Shown: piece by piece, positions 38,375-51,309 of the stretch
Position numbering within the stretch: the first letter of the stretch is position 1
Layout of the letters: each line of letters starts with the position of its first letter
Source of the DNA: Chiloscyllium plagiosum
Lineage: Eukaryota
Assembly: GCF_004010195.1 (NCBI RefSeq)
Contig: NC_057749.1
Span: 19,426,661-19,490,660, forward strand
DNA: 64,000 bases
Direction of reading: 5' to 3'
The notes under the pieces: generated by a model
The model's input: only the letters and a program-made list of their open reading frames with translations
What the model was told of the DNA's origin: nothing
The model's database searches: none
Made by a program: the position numbers and the translations under genes

Positions 38375-39687
38375 CTACGCAATTAAAAGCTGACTTCACA
38401 TGGTAGACAAACTTCAAGGAGGCAGCCTGCATTGTGCCAGAGATAATGTATTCTTCGAAGTTGAGGCGTTGCATACCATGTTCACTTCCTATTTAATTCA
38501 GAGCCTCCGTGATGGACTTGAGCAAAGAGATGTACCAGTTCGAAAACCAGGAGACTCAATGACTGAAACCCATCATCCAGTCTTTTCATCGTTCCTTTCA
38601 ACAACCCCCTCCATTGGTATTGAAGAGGAGAGCCTTCACACAAGTCATTTGCACAATTGAACACTACAACTTCAGAAATGCTTGCAAGTCATTGACAATG
38701 GCATTCATCACACCACCAATAGTGAACCTTCCCCATGGCTCTCATCCATCCCTACACAGTATGTGGAGCATGACTACACGTTGCCAACGTTAATTCTTTC
38801 AGAGTATTTGACTTCACCCTTCTCCACACAGAACACAGGGACAAGACATGGCCATTCAGCCCCTCATGTCTTCCACCATTCAATTCAAGTTAATGGCTGA
38901 TTTGTATCTCAGCATCATCTTGGTTCCATAACCCTCAAAACCCCACCTACGAAAATCTATCATTTTCAGATTAATTAAAACCCTCAACTGGTTCCACCCA
39001 GAGAAAAGAGCTGCAGAAGCGATTTCTGACATCACCTCCATATAGCTGAGTTTGACCTTTGTGAATTCGGTTCCCAAAGGAAACAGTTGGACAGAAATTC
39101 CAAACTCCTTTACAGCATCTTAAAGATTCATTTCTTTTGTAAAATGCATCGTGATAAACTTAAGATCTGTTGAATTCTTGTCTTATAACTCAAACATATC
39201 CTCAAAGACCAACATCAGCCAGCACAATAGACCAGCTGTAAATATACAGTGACAATGTCTCAATCAAACTCTGAATTTCCCACTACTTCTCCATGCTCTC
39301 TTACAAGATTTAATATGCCCAAGGTTTGATGTTGTTCTTTCATCTCAGAAGTTCTCTATTTTCTTAACCTATTCAAGATACTTGTTGCTCTCCAGTCCTT
39401 CCTGCATTTAGTGACTGCTGCAGTTTGAGAGAGAAGACTACTAAATTATCTGTAAGGAAAGAATATGCAAGATTTACAGGTAGATGAGGTAATAGCAATA
39501 GCTATGTTGCTCATTTGGAGAGCCATACGCATATGGGCCAATTGGCCTTATTCTACGCTATAACTGTTTATATGATTCTTTGAAGAGACTGGCTTCCTTG
39601 GATACTCCTGTAATTTTCAAAGGTTAGATTTTAGTGAACCACCCACAAAGAGGTCTTGCAGTAGAAAGTGTCTTTCAAAACAGTATA

Positions 39688-39857
39688 CAGAGAAACCTCG
39701 ATTATCGAAAGGATGCAGGCAGGGAGTATTTTGTTCGGTTAATCGAATGCATAATCGAATGCCGGATAATAGTTAGCCAAGCAATGGGACCTTGCCATCT
39801 TGTTCGGATAATCCAAAATTCAGTTAAATCGAATACCGGGTCATCAAGGTTCCTCTG
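39688..39857. mobile_element. Tc1/mariner (pogo/Tigger-like) MITE
   Basis: TA TSDs; TIRs CAGAGAAACCTCGATTATC / GTCATCAAGGTTCCTCTG; 170 bp. Confidence 0.8.
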
Positions 39858-39954
39858 TAGTCACTTCCAAAACTACATCTCATTCGGCAGAGATGCACAC
39901 ATACACATTTGTTGGTTTCATTTACATAATAAATTTATTTATTTCAACAAATAA

Positions 39955-41498
39955 AGCCATAAGACACAGGAGCAGAAATTAGGCCATTCAGCCCATTGAG
40001 TCTGCTCTGCCATTCAATCACGGCTGGTTTCTCGACCCCATTATACCACTTACTAGCTGTAAGCCATGATCCCCATGACAATCAAGAACCTATCCCTGTC
40101 TGAAATATAATCAATGACTTGGCCTCCACAGCCTTTTGTGGCAGTGCATTCCCTAGATTCACACTTTGGTTGAAAAAGTTTCTCCTTATTTCCGTTCTAA
40201 AAGGTCTCCCCTTTACTTGAAGGCTGTGCCCTCAGATCCTCGTCTCTCCCACCAATGGCAACATCTTCCCAACATCCACTCTGTCTAGGTCATTCGGTAT
40301 CGTGTAACTTCGAATTAGATTCCCCCCCCTCATCCTTCTAAACAATGAAGATAGACCTAGAGTCCTCAAATACTCATATGTTAAGCTTTTTATTCCTGGC
40401 ATCATTCTCATGAACCTCCTCTGAACCCACTCCAGGGCCAGTACATCCTTATGGGATTTGGGGCCCAAAATTGTGCATAATAATCCAAATGTGGCCTGAC
40501 CAGAGCCTTATAGAGCCTCAGAAGGACATCCCTGTTTTTATATTCAAGTTCTCTCGAAATAAATGCCAACATTGTATTTGCCTTCCTAACCTTGAGAGAA
40601 GCCTGGACTAGAACCCAAGTCTTTTTGCCCTTCAGACTTCTGAATTTTCTCCCCATTTGGAAAATAGTCCATGCCTCTATTCTTCCTACCCAAGTGCATG
40701 ATCTCGCACTTTCCCACCTTGTCCTCCATCTGCCATTTCTTTGCCCAGTCCCCTAACCTGCCCAAATCCTTCTGCAGCCTCTCCACCTTCTCAATGCTAC
40801 CTGGCCCTCAACCTATCTTTGTATTGTCTGCAAACTGAGCCAGAATGCCCTCAGCTCCTTCATCTAGATTGTTAATGTATAGAGTAAAAAGTTGTGATCC
40901 CAACACTGGCCCTTGCCGGACACCACTTGTCACCGGCTGCCACCCTGAGAAACACACTTTCATCCACACTTTGTCAGACAGCCAAGCTTTTACTCATGCT
41001 AGCACCTGTCTCTCATACCATGGGCATTTATCTTACTCAGTAGCCTCCTGTGTGGCACCTTGTCAAAGGTGTTCTAGAAGTCCAGGTAGATAACATGCAT
41101 TGGTTCTCTCCTTGGTTTAACATGCTCATTACTTCCTCAAAGAATTCTAGCAGATTTGTCAGATATGGCCTCCCCTGATGAAACCATGTTGACTTTACCC
41201 TATATTGCCATATAGTTCCAATTATTCAAAAGTCTCATTCTTTACAATGGACTCCAAAATCTTACCCATGACCAAGGCTAGGCAAATTGGTCAGTAATTG
41301 TCTGTCTTTTGCCTTATTCCCTTTTTAAAAAGGGGTGTCGCGCTAGCGATTTTCAAGTCCTCTGGGACCCTCCCAGACTCTAGTGATTCCTGAAAGATCA
41401 CCACCAACACCTCCATTATCTCTTCAGCTATCTTCTTTTGAACTCTGGTGTGTAGTCCATCGGGTCTAGGTGATTTATCCACCTTCAGACCATTCAGT
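39955..41498 (-). mobile_element. 5'-truncated degenerate CR1 LINE
   Basis: DKSPRPDGLH, RLQKDLGRLGDWAKKWQM, LYKALVRPHLDY; 3' UTR at left. Confidence 0.9.
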
Positions 41499-42113
41499 TA
41501 AGAAAAGTTACAAATGTTAAGAATGTTACAATTCATACTAACAGCAATTCCAGAAAACTACAACATTACATTAACAAATGAAGGCTATATCAGGACAGAT
41601 GCCTGATTATATAAACCAGTAGTCCTTTTCGGGTTATTCAAATGAATTAGTGGATAGACTCCAGTCATTTTTTTTTGAGCTGAATTAACTAAAAGTAAAA
41701 TGATTAGCATTAGTGAAAAAGCTAACTGTAGAGACAGTTAATGCCCTGCTACTCATTAGATTTGCCATTAGCCTACAATTACTAAAACAATCAGCTTTGC
41801 AAATTATCAAACTAAACAAACAGTCTTATAGTCAAAACTACATAACATTCTTACCAGACCAAGAGAAATCGCTTGACTAACTGTAAACGGTGTAAATAAA
41901 GACAACATTTATATCGGATTTTTCAAAACACCAGGGCATTCCAAAGTATTTAGAGCAAAGCACTTTTTGAGGTACACTAATATTTGTATATAAAAAGCAC
42001 AACTGCAAATTTGGGCAAGAGTTCCCACAAAGAATGGTTTGAATAATCGGAGAACCTGTTTTTCAGGGTTTGAGGGATAGCCTTTGGCCAGGAGATAGCA
42101 CAGCATTTTCTTT

Positions 42114-42902
42114 GGCCCTCCAACGCATCTCGTCCACATCCCGCACCTCCGCCCTCAGACCCCACCCCTCCAACCGTAACAAGGACAGAACGCCCCTGGT
42201 TCTCACCTTCCACCCGACAAACCTCCGCATAAACCAAATCATCCGCCGACATTTCCGCCACATCCAAAAAGACCCCACCACCAGGGATATATTTCCCTCC
42301 CCACCCCTTTCCGCCTTCCGCAAAGACCGTTCCCTCCGTGACTACCTGGTCAGGTCCACGCCCCCCCCACGACCCACCCTCCCATCCTGGCACCTCCCCC
42401 TGCCACCGCAGGAACTGTAAAACCTGCGCCCACACCTCCTCCCTCACCTCCATCCAAGGCCCCAAAGGAGCTTTCCACATCCATCAAAGATTTACCTGCA
42501 CATCCACTAATATCATCTACTGTATCCGTTGCTCCCGATGCGGTCTCCTCTACATTGGGGAGACTGAGCGCCTCCTAGCAGAGCGCTTTAGGGAACATCT
42601 CCGAGACACCCACACCAATCAACCAAACCGCCCCGTGGCCCAAAATTTCAACTCCCCCTCCCACTCTGCCGAGGATATGGAGGTGCTGGGCCTCCTCCAC
42701 CGCCGCTCCCTCACCACCAGACGCCTCTCACCCATTGTACTCTATGCTACTCTCTCCTCACCCCCACCTAGCTTATCTCTCCACGCTTCAGGCTCTCTGC
42801 CTTTATTCCTGATGAAGGGCTTTTGCCTGAAACGTCGATTTTGCTGAAGCTCCTCGGATGCTGCCTGAACTGCTGTGCTCTTCCTGGACCATTGATCCAG
42901 AA
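42114..42902 (+). mobile_element. 5'-truncated Penelope-like element (Neptune-like, family B)
   Basis: Cys linker PCHRRNCKTC and GIY-YIG endonuclease NIIYCIRCSRCGLLYIGET...RFREH; internal deletion after LTTRR; 3' pLTR. Confidence 0.92.
42805..42840 (+). ncRNA. Minimal hammerhead motif (PLE family B)
   Basis: AUUC-CUGAUGA-A-GGGC-UUUU-GCCU-GAAA-CGUC-GAUU. Confidence 0.7.
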
Positions 42903-43453
42903 TGCAATGCAGAGTTAGACTAAATTCTGTGCTCAGGTCTCAGAGTGAGATTGACCCGTGACCCTGAGTCAACAGTGCACTACCCATTGAGTCTACCCTA
43001 CAGTATTCATTATCACAAATGCAATGCTAGTAGTTCTCTCCAACATGAGGTATTCAGTAGCAAGAAGCACACAACCCAGTAGAAACACAGCAAGGCACTC
43101 ACGTAAGGAATGAAGATTTCCACCCAGTGTGGTTTTGTTTTAAACAAGATGTTCTATAAACAGAACACCATTTTTTCTTTGTCCATATCCTGATGTGCCA
43201 CTGCACCTACACCACCACCTAATTTACATGCATTCTTTGGTTTCAGCCATACATTCACACACTTTTACCAAGGTATAAATATAACTTTTGTTGTGCACAC
43301 CTAATCTCTAAAATAAATGATTGTTTTACTGTGGTAGATGTTTTATATTAACATGCATGCTTCTCAACATTGAAGTACAAGATGTGTTTTACTGTGAAAC
43401 AGGTGTCATGTCAATATCAACAGTAACTGTAAATGAAACAGTCCCATGCTCAC

Positions 43454-43646
43454 CTTTCTCAAGGTACTCCTCCAGGCCTCTCCGCCTGGCATCCAATTGC
43501 TGTTCGGAGAGGGAAAATGGCCACTTCCGTGGGAGTTTTGGGAAATGGAAATCAGAGAATTCCCTCTTTAGATTCTGGTGAAGGATTGTGAACTCACGGA
43601 AGCGCCGTGAGCAGAGCTGGCGTCCAGCCATGTAAATATTGAATAC
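43454..43646 (-). CDS. SNX27: SNX27-like coding exon 3 (PX domain)
   Basis: [64 protein letters not shown]; acceptor ttctag, donor GTGAGC; 193 nt; phase joins exons 2 and 4. Confidence 0.95.
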
Positions 43647-45006
43647 CTAGAACAAAATCAGGTGACAGATCAAAAAGAGAAAAATTTTCAATACTATTTC
43701 ATATTTTTATTTATATTAATCCAAAGATGACTCAAAGGGCAGTACTCCACTCAAGCACATAATCCAGGCTGACACTTGTGTGCAGGGTAATTGGAGGTAC
43801 AGTCATAAGAATGCAACATTAAACGAAGGGCACATTTGTTCTTTCTTCAGTTAAGAGTTTGAAATGCAGAAGACAATCTCCCACCCAGTTTACTGAAATA
43901 AATGGATTGTCTCGTTCCACATCTCATTGTCAAGACCTACAAAAGCAACGTGTTAATCAATTATCACATTTGGCTACAACACTGGTTGTACTTCAGTGCT
44001 CTTTCACTATGTGGCAAAGCACAGTGGAACATTCTGAAGGCACTGACTCAATTCAGACTTTCAACGCTACACAATGCAATAACCATTCTGGTTTTTTTAC
44101 TTAATTAGAAGGAAATTCAGTTACCCCAGCACCTTCCAAACACTAAGCCTAACCCAACTATTACCAACAAGGACAAGGTAGCAGATATATAGGAACACCA
44201 CAACTGAAAGTACCCCTCCAAGTCACTCACTACCCTGACTTGAAAATATGTCATTGTTCCTTTGGTGTCACTGGGCCAAAATACTGGCACTGTTGGCATA
44301 CTTACACCACCTGGATGGCACCAGTTCAAAGCAGTAGCTCATCACTGCCTACTCAAAGTAAATTAAGGCTGAGTCATTAATGCTGGCCTAACTAATGACC
44401 CTCATATGCCATGAAAGCGTAAACGGTTTTCCTAACTCATGCATGCTTCTATGGTCAGTGAAATCATCAGTTCTTCACTAAAATCCTGGAGTTTTGAAAG
44501 GTTCCTGAAAGCCCTCATCTTTCTGCTGCCAGTTGTTTTTCTTCACTTTGTGAAGTGATCATATGTATATTTTTGAAGGGATCTATGTGAGCATGACAGG
44601 TGCATTGGCAGTAAGTGCACAACAACCACCAGATAACTGAGCATTGATTAAAAATAAAATGGCTCACAGAAGTTAATTTATGAAATCCCAGCTTACCAAT
44701 TGGTGCCATGACCTCAAAGTCCATTGCAGTGAGTTGCAAAACTGAACATAAACCACAAGATCAGAATAAAATGACTGTGTAAGTTGCTGGGTTGTAATAC
44801 AGCAATGGGATCATGCTGAACACTAAATAGACATTGCGTGGCATTTGCAACAGTGACTATATTTCACAAAGCATTTTATTGGCAGCAACATGCATTGGGA
44901 CCATCCCGAGACTGTAAAAGTATTTATGTAACTGCAAGTTGCCCTTCCTTCCGACTTGCTAAGTAACAACCTACCTGGTCAGGTATACACTTTATTTGCA
45001 GTCCAC

Positions 45007-45450
45007 AGGTGCAGCACGGTAGCTCAGTGATTAGCACTGCTGCATCACAGCACCAGGGTCCCAGGTTCAATTCCAGCTTTGGGCGACTGTGTGTGTGTGG
45101 AGTTTGCACATTGTCCCTGTGTCTGCGTGGGTTTCCTCTGGGTGCTCCGGTTTCCTCCCACAGTCCAAAGATGTGCAGGTCAGATTTGGCCATGCTAAGT
45201 TGCCCATAGTGTTAGGTGCATTAGTCAGAGAGAAATGGGTCTGGGTGGGTTACTCTTCAGAGGGTCAGTGTGGACGTTTCCTCCCACAGTCCAAAGATGT
45301 GCAGGTCAGATTTGGCCATGCTAAATTGCCCAGTGTTAGGTGCATTAGTCAGAGAGAAATGGGTCTGGGTGGGTTACTCTTCAGAGGGTCAGTGTGGACT
45401 TGTTGGGCTGAAGGACCTGTTTCCACACTGTAGGGAATCTAATCTAAACC
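45007..45450 (+). mobile_element. HE1-type SINE with internal tandem duplication
   Basis: A/B boxes; 45150-45275 repeated as 45276-45399; tctaa tail. Confidence 0.88.
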
Positions 45451-45714
45451 TAATCTCTTGGGTGCCCTTGAAGCAAAAAGGGAAGGTTGTAAATGTAGTC
45501 TTGTCAATATTCCCCAAAACCCAAGAACAAAAAGAAAGGCTGAGCCAAGGTTTAAAAGTTAAACCATAGGATTTTTGAACCAATCAAGTCACATTACTAA
45601 CAATGCCTAGTGTTCACTTACTGTACTTAACATACAACGGAGTGAGACCAAATCTATACAACTATTGTTAGGTTTTTCAAAAGTCTTGACAAACCATGAG
45701 AACTAATTACTCAC

Positions 45715-45946
45715 CACAAATTTCTCCCCGTTCCTTTCCACATGTTTGTAGCCAGGGATAGAGATTGGCACTGCCCGCTTCTCACTGTAGTCATAGTAGA
45801 TGTTCCCAGATGAGTCATCACCAGGATCAAGCCGATCAGCTTCTTGTTGTGGAACAGACAGCACCGTCAGAATCAGCTCCCGATCTCCTGCCCGAATCAG
45901 GTCCACAACTTGTTTATGAGTTGCTCCCTCAACATTAACACCATTT
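45715..45946 (-). CDS. SNX27: SNX27-like coding exon 2 (PDZ C-terminal half, linker, start of PX)
   Basis: Translates to [77 protein letters not shown]; acceptor gtgtag, donor GTGAGT; 232 nt. Confidence 0.95.
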
Positions 45947-46439
45947 CTACACAAGCAATAAATAGCATAATGAGAAATTTATAAAATGCAGAGGTACTGT
46001 AACACATTGAGTTTACAGACAACTGCCCAAGCGGTCTAGGTTCAGGCAGTCAAACTTCAATATGTGCAATAGTGTAACTTGGAGAGATCTGGTCAAAGAT
46101 GGATTAAACCTAGATCCATTTCAGCACTGATGAGATATCCTCATCGCATTATTAAAAAAGAGCTGGAGAATTCACAATACATTCTGAAACTGATTCTGCT
46201 ATGCTGAGCTCACAGCAGCACTGACCTATAAAAGTGACTACTCAAAAGTAATTAGAAATCTTTGAGATGATGTATAATGTTCTAAATAAAGAGAGGCCTT
46301 CTCTTTTGCTTTTATTGAATTTGAAATTCAAGTTTGGTCTACCAACTTGGACAAGCCTAGGAAATGTCAAATGTTTCAAGTTGTCAGTTACAGCTTTAGG
46401 AAATATCATTTTCTTTTATTACTCATTCACTGGATTCAA

Positions 46440-46990
46440 CCTCTAATCAACACACTTGAGGTTACCATTGGCCAAAAACTCATCATATAGAGGAGGTCAG
46501 AAACTAGGAATATTGCAGCAAGTAACTCACCTCCTGATTCCCCAAAGCCTGTCCACAAAGCACAGCTCAGGAGTGTGGAGGAATACTTCCCACTTGCCTG
46601 GATGAGTGCAACTCTAACAACACTCAAGAGTTCAACACCATCCCAGACAAAACAGCCTGCTTCACTGGCACCACACCCACAACCATCCATCCCTCCACCA
46701 GCGATGCTCAGCTGGAGCAGTATGTACAGTACTGCAGAAATTTACAAGGATTCTGAGGCAGCACCTTCCAAACCCTCTGATCACTTCTGTCCAGAATGCA
46801 ACAGATATTTGGGAATACCTGCACCTTCAAGTTCCTCTCCAAGTTACTCATCATCCTGACTTGTAAATGTATCACCAGTCCGTCAAAATCTTGGAATTCC
46901 CTCCCGTAGGGCAATGTGGATCCACCAGCAGCACAAACTGTGGTGAATCAAGAAGGCAGCTCTCAGCATCTCAAGGGCATCTAGTGATGA
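46440..46990 (+). mobile_element. Old CR1/L2-group LINE 3' fragment (distinct family)
   Basis: KAQLRSVEEYFPLAWMSATLTTLK C-terminal motif; related pieces at ~1180-1380, 27170-27480, 44120-44410, 55700-55990. Confidence 0.6.
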
Positions 46991-47261
46991 CCAGGTGGTT
47001 TCACACTAGTGAACCAGGTGGCTTCTTCTGACAATTGACAATGGTTTCGTGGTCGGCATTAGACTCAATGATTGGATTCAAATTCTACCATCTGTCATTG
47101 TGGGATTCGAACCTGGGTCTCCAGAATGTTACCTGGGTCTCTGGATTAACAGTCTATCACCTCTCACTGTTTCAAGTCCAGTTGGATATTGTATTTTTTT
47201 AAATTAAAGAAAGATTCTGCTTAGTCCTGTCAGCTTAATGCCACTTTCCTCAATTAATCTC

Positions 47262-49672
47262 AAGAAAGGGAATTCATGGAATGCTTACAGGATGGCTTTT
47301 TGGAACAGCTTGTCATGAGCCCACAAGAGAGCAGGCTATTCTGGACCTAGTGCTTTGCAATGAACCAGACTCTATAAAAGATCTTAAAGTAAGGGAACCC
47401 TTAGGAAGTAGTGACCATAATATGATAGAATTCAGTCTGGAGTTTGAAAGGGAGAAGGCAAAATCGGATGTAATGGTGTTACAGTTGAATAAAGGTAATT
47501 ATGAGGGCATGAGAGAGGAACTGATTAAAATAGACTGGAAGCAGAGGCTAACCGGGAAGACAGTAGAGCAAAAATGGCAGGAGTTTGTAGGTATAATTGA
47601 GGACACTGTACAGAGGTTCATTCCCAAGAAAAGAAAGATTAACCGGGGAGGGATTAGACAACCTTGGCTGACAAAGGAAGTCAGGAAATGTATTAAAGAA
47701 AAAGAGAGATCCTATAAAGTGGCTAAGAACAGTGGGAAATCAGAAGATTGGGAAGGATACAAAAGCAAACAGAGGATAACAAAGAGTGTAATAAGAAAGG
47801 AGAGGATCAAATATGAAGGAAGGCTAGCCAGTAATATTAGAAATAATAGTAAAAGTTTCTTCCAGTACATAAGAAACAAACGACAGGCAAAAGTAGACAT
47901 TGGGCCACTTCAAACTGATGCAGGAAGCCTAGTGATGGGAGATAAGGAAATAGCAGGAGAACTTAACAAGTACTTTGCGTCAGTCTTCACAATGGAAGAC
48001 ATGAGTAATATCCCAAAAATTAAAGGGTATCACGGGGCTGAGTTGAGTATGGTTGCCATTACGAAAGAGACAGTGCTAGAAAAGTTAAAAAGTCTTAAAA
48101 TTGATAAATCTCCTGGCCCCGATGGGATACACCCTAGAGTTCTGAGAGAGGTGGCTGAGGAAATAGCAGAGGCATTGGTTGAGATCTTTCAAGAGTCACT
48201 GGAGTCAGGAAAGGTCCCGGATGATTGGAAGATGGCCGTTGTAACCCCCTTGTTCAAGAAAGGATCAAGGCAAAAGATGGAAAATTATAGGCCAATCAGC
48301 TTAACCTCGGTTGTTGGTAAAATTCTAGAATCCATCATTAAGGATGAGGTTTCTAAATTCTTGGAAGAGCAGAGTCTGATTAGAACAAGTCAACATGGAT
48401 TTAGTAAAGGGAGGTCATGCCTGACAAACCTGTTGGAATTTTTTGAAGAGGTAACAAGTAGGTTAGACCAGGGAAACCCAGTGGATGTGGCCTATCTAGA
48501 CTTTCAAAAGGCCTTTGATAAGGTGCCACACGAGAGGCTGTTGAGCAAGGTGAGGGCCCATGGTGTTCGAGGTGAGCTGCTGGGATGGACTGAGGATTGG
48601 CTGTCTAACAGAAGGCAGAGAGTTGGGATAAAAGATTCTTTTTCAGAATGGCAGCCGGTGACGAACGGTGTCCCGCAGGGTTCGGTGCTGGGGCCACAGC
48701 TGTTCGCAATATATATTAATGATTTGGATGAGGGAACCGGGGGAATTCTAGCGAAGTTTGCCGATGATACAAAGTTAGGTGGACAGGCAGGTAGTACTGA
48801 GGAAGTGGGGAGGCTACAAAAGGATCTCGACAGGTTGGGAGAGTGGTCCAGGAAATGGCTGATGGAATGTAACGTGAGCAAGTGCGAGGTCTTGCACTTT
48901 GGCAAAAAGAATAAAAACATAGACTACTTTCTAAATGGTGAGAAAATTAATAAAGCCAAAGCACAAAGGGACCTGGGAGTGCTAGTCGAGGATTCTCTAA
49001 AGGTAAACATGCAGGTTGAGTCCGTGATTAAGAAAGCGAATGCAATGTTGTCTCTTATCTCAAGAGGGTTGGAATATAAAAGCAGAGATGTACCACTAAG
49101 ACTTTATAAAGCTCTGGTTAGGCCCCATTTGGAGTACTATGTCCAGTTTTGGTCCCCACACCTCAGGAAGGACATACTGGCACTGGAACGTGTCCAGCGG
49201 AGATTCACACGGATGATCCCTGGAATGACAGGTCTAACATATGAGGAACGGCTGAGGATACTGGGATTATATTCGTTGGAGTTTAGAAGATTAAGGGGAG
49301 ACTTAATAGAGACGTACAAAATAATACATGGCTTGGAAAAGGTGGATGCTAGGAAATTGTTTCAGTTAAACGAGGAGACTAGGACCCGTGGACACAGCCT
49401 TAGAATTAGAGGGGGTCATTTCAGAACAGAAATGCGGAGACATTTCTTCAGCCAGAGAGTGGTGGAATTCATTGCCACGGAGTGCAGTGGAAGCCGGGAC
49501 GCTAAATGTCTTCAAGGCCGAGATTGATAGATTCTTGTTGTCTAGAAGAATTAAGGGCTACGGGGAGAACGCTGGTAAGTGGAGCTGAAATGCGCATCAG
49601 CCATGATTGAATGGTGGTGGAGTGGACTCGATGGGCCGAATGGCCTTACTTCCACTCCTATGTCTCATGGTC
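47262..49672 (+). mobile_element. Young 5'-truncated CR1 LINE with near-intact ORF2
   Basis: 748-aa ORF with end of APE (LDLVL, SDH) and full RT (SPGPDG, QHGF, DFQKAFD, GVPQGSVLGP, FADD); frameshifts near 47315 and 49465; TSD ttaatctc at 47254-47261 and 49673-49680. Confidence 0.95.
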
Positions 49673-50273
49673 TTAATCTCGTGTCCAAATGGCCACTTTC
49701 TGATGAGCTGAGAAGTAAATAATTAACCATAGGCCCCACAGATAGGTTAAATCAGCATGTAACACAAGTCAAAGAGCAACTCCGGTCTGCAAGATCAAAC
49801 ATAGCAATCAAACCCAGAATTAGACCAGTCAACAAACACATGTGCTGGCTGAATATCATGGATACTCATCAAAAATTACAAAACTACTCAATAGGTCACA
49901 TCATGATGCCATCTACATGTTTTACACAAATGTCAAACCTCTGGAAAGTATCTAGGTGAGGGCATTATGTCAAGTACATACCCCTTAATCGCAATATTTT
50001 AAATCAAAGTTTGAGAATTTGCAGCCTTAGTATCCAATCAAGCAAGTGGCCAAAATACTTTAATCTTCAAGAAAATGCTTCAGGAAATCACCTCACCGTC
50101 AATTTGAATACGACCGAACACTTTAGCGACTAGTTACCATGGGGACATATGTAATCAGGTTGCAGCAAACTGCAAATTATCAAAATTTTAATGTCAAGAT
50201 TTGTAAAGTTTTGGATTTGTCTATCCTTCTCAAACCTCTCAACAGTTACCAGATCTGCAAAAAAAAACTGTTT

Positions 50274-50505
50274 CAAAAACAGAAGTGCTGAAAAGGCTCA
50301 GCAGGTCTGGCAGTATCCATGGAGAGAAAGCAGACTTAACATTTCGGATCAAATCACCTTTCCTCAGTTGTTCTGAGGAAGGGTCACTCAACCCGAAACA
50401 TTAACTCGGCTTTCTCTCCATAGAAGCTGCCAGACCTGCTGACTTTACAGCCATTTCTGTTTTTGTTTCTGATTTACAGCATCCATAGCTCTTCTGGTTT
50501 TTATT
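50274..50505. mobile_element. Older palindromic PLE-type mini-insertion (family C)
   Basis: Inverted arms with axis at tcctcagttgttctgagga; both arms carry CUGAGGA..GAAA; tail on the right arm. Confidence 0.75.
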
Positions 50506-51309
50506 TAAGCAGAACTGTTCAATTGTTTACACTTGAAAGAGAAATCAGTGACCTCCACTTATTTTAGCTTCATCGGTATTACAGTCAAGTTCACTTTAAA
50601 AAATAAATTGACTACAGTTCTTTGTTTTTAAATTGTTCTCCACGCCGTCAATCAGCCACAGCACACCCCTCAGCAAGAAACAAGGGCGTCCATTGTGACT
50701 GCTGTCCAATTAACAGTCAACAGGAAGGGCAAATGAAGGTGAACTTTGCTATCAGATTCTTCCTTTGTCCTTTTGCCCTGACTTAAAAAGAAAACACATA
50801 AAAACTGAAGCCACGTGGATAAGTTTATGATTCCAGTTTTAGTCTTTCATTTGAGTTGGAATGCCAAAGTGACGGGCTGAAGTGACCCAGGGAACTAACT
50901 TGCTGTAGTCAGGCTAAGACTCAAGTGGGTCAACAAGCACATGGGTAACTATACGAGAATGGGAACTGGGGCGATTCACTGTTCCTTTGAGCTGCGTGGC
51001 TACAGCCCATTATGGTGAAACTCTTGCACAACTTCCTGCTGTGTTCTAAACTGCTGGCAGCCATCAATAGCTAATACTATGCCAGATTATTGATGTGATT
51101 TGAAGAGGTTTATAGGATTAGGATCCAGGTCAGATAGACATAATGAAAATTGTCAAGTGGTAATTTCCAGTGCATTAATTTACAAGCATAGAATTACAGA
51201 TTCCCAGCATTTCACAACAGTTGGTTAAAAAATACTGAATGACTCTTTTACGCAGATTATTACAGTACTGGAGGTCACATGGCCTAATCCTTCTATAACG
51301 ATAAAGATG

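Noticed and set aside
47281..49527. 748-aa ORF as a host or domesticated gene
   Set aside because: It is CR1 ORF2, 5'-truncated inside the endonuclease, frameshifted at both ends and bounded by a TSD
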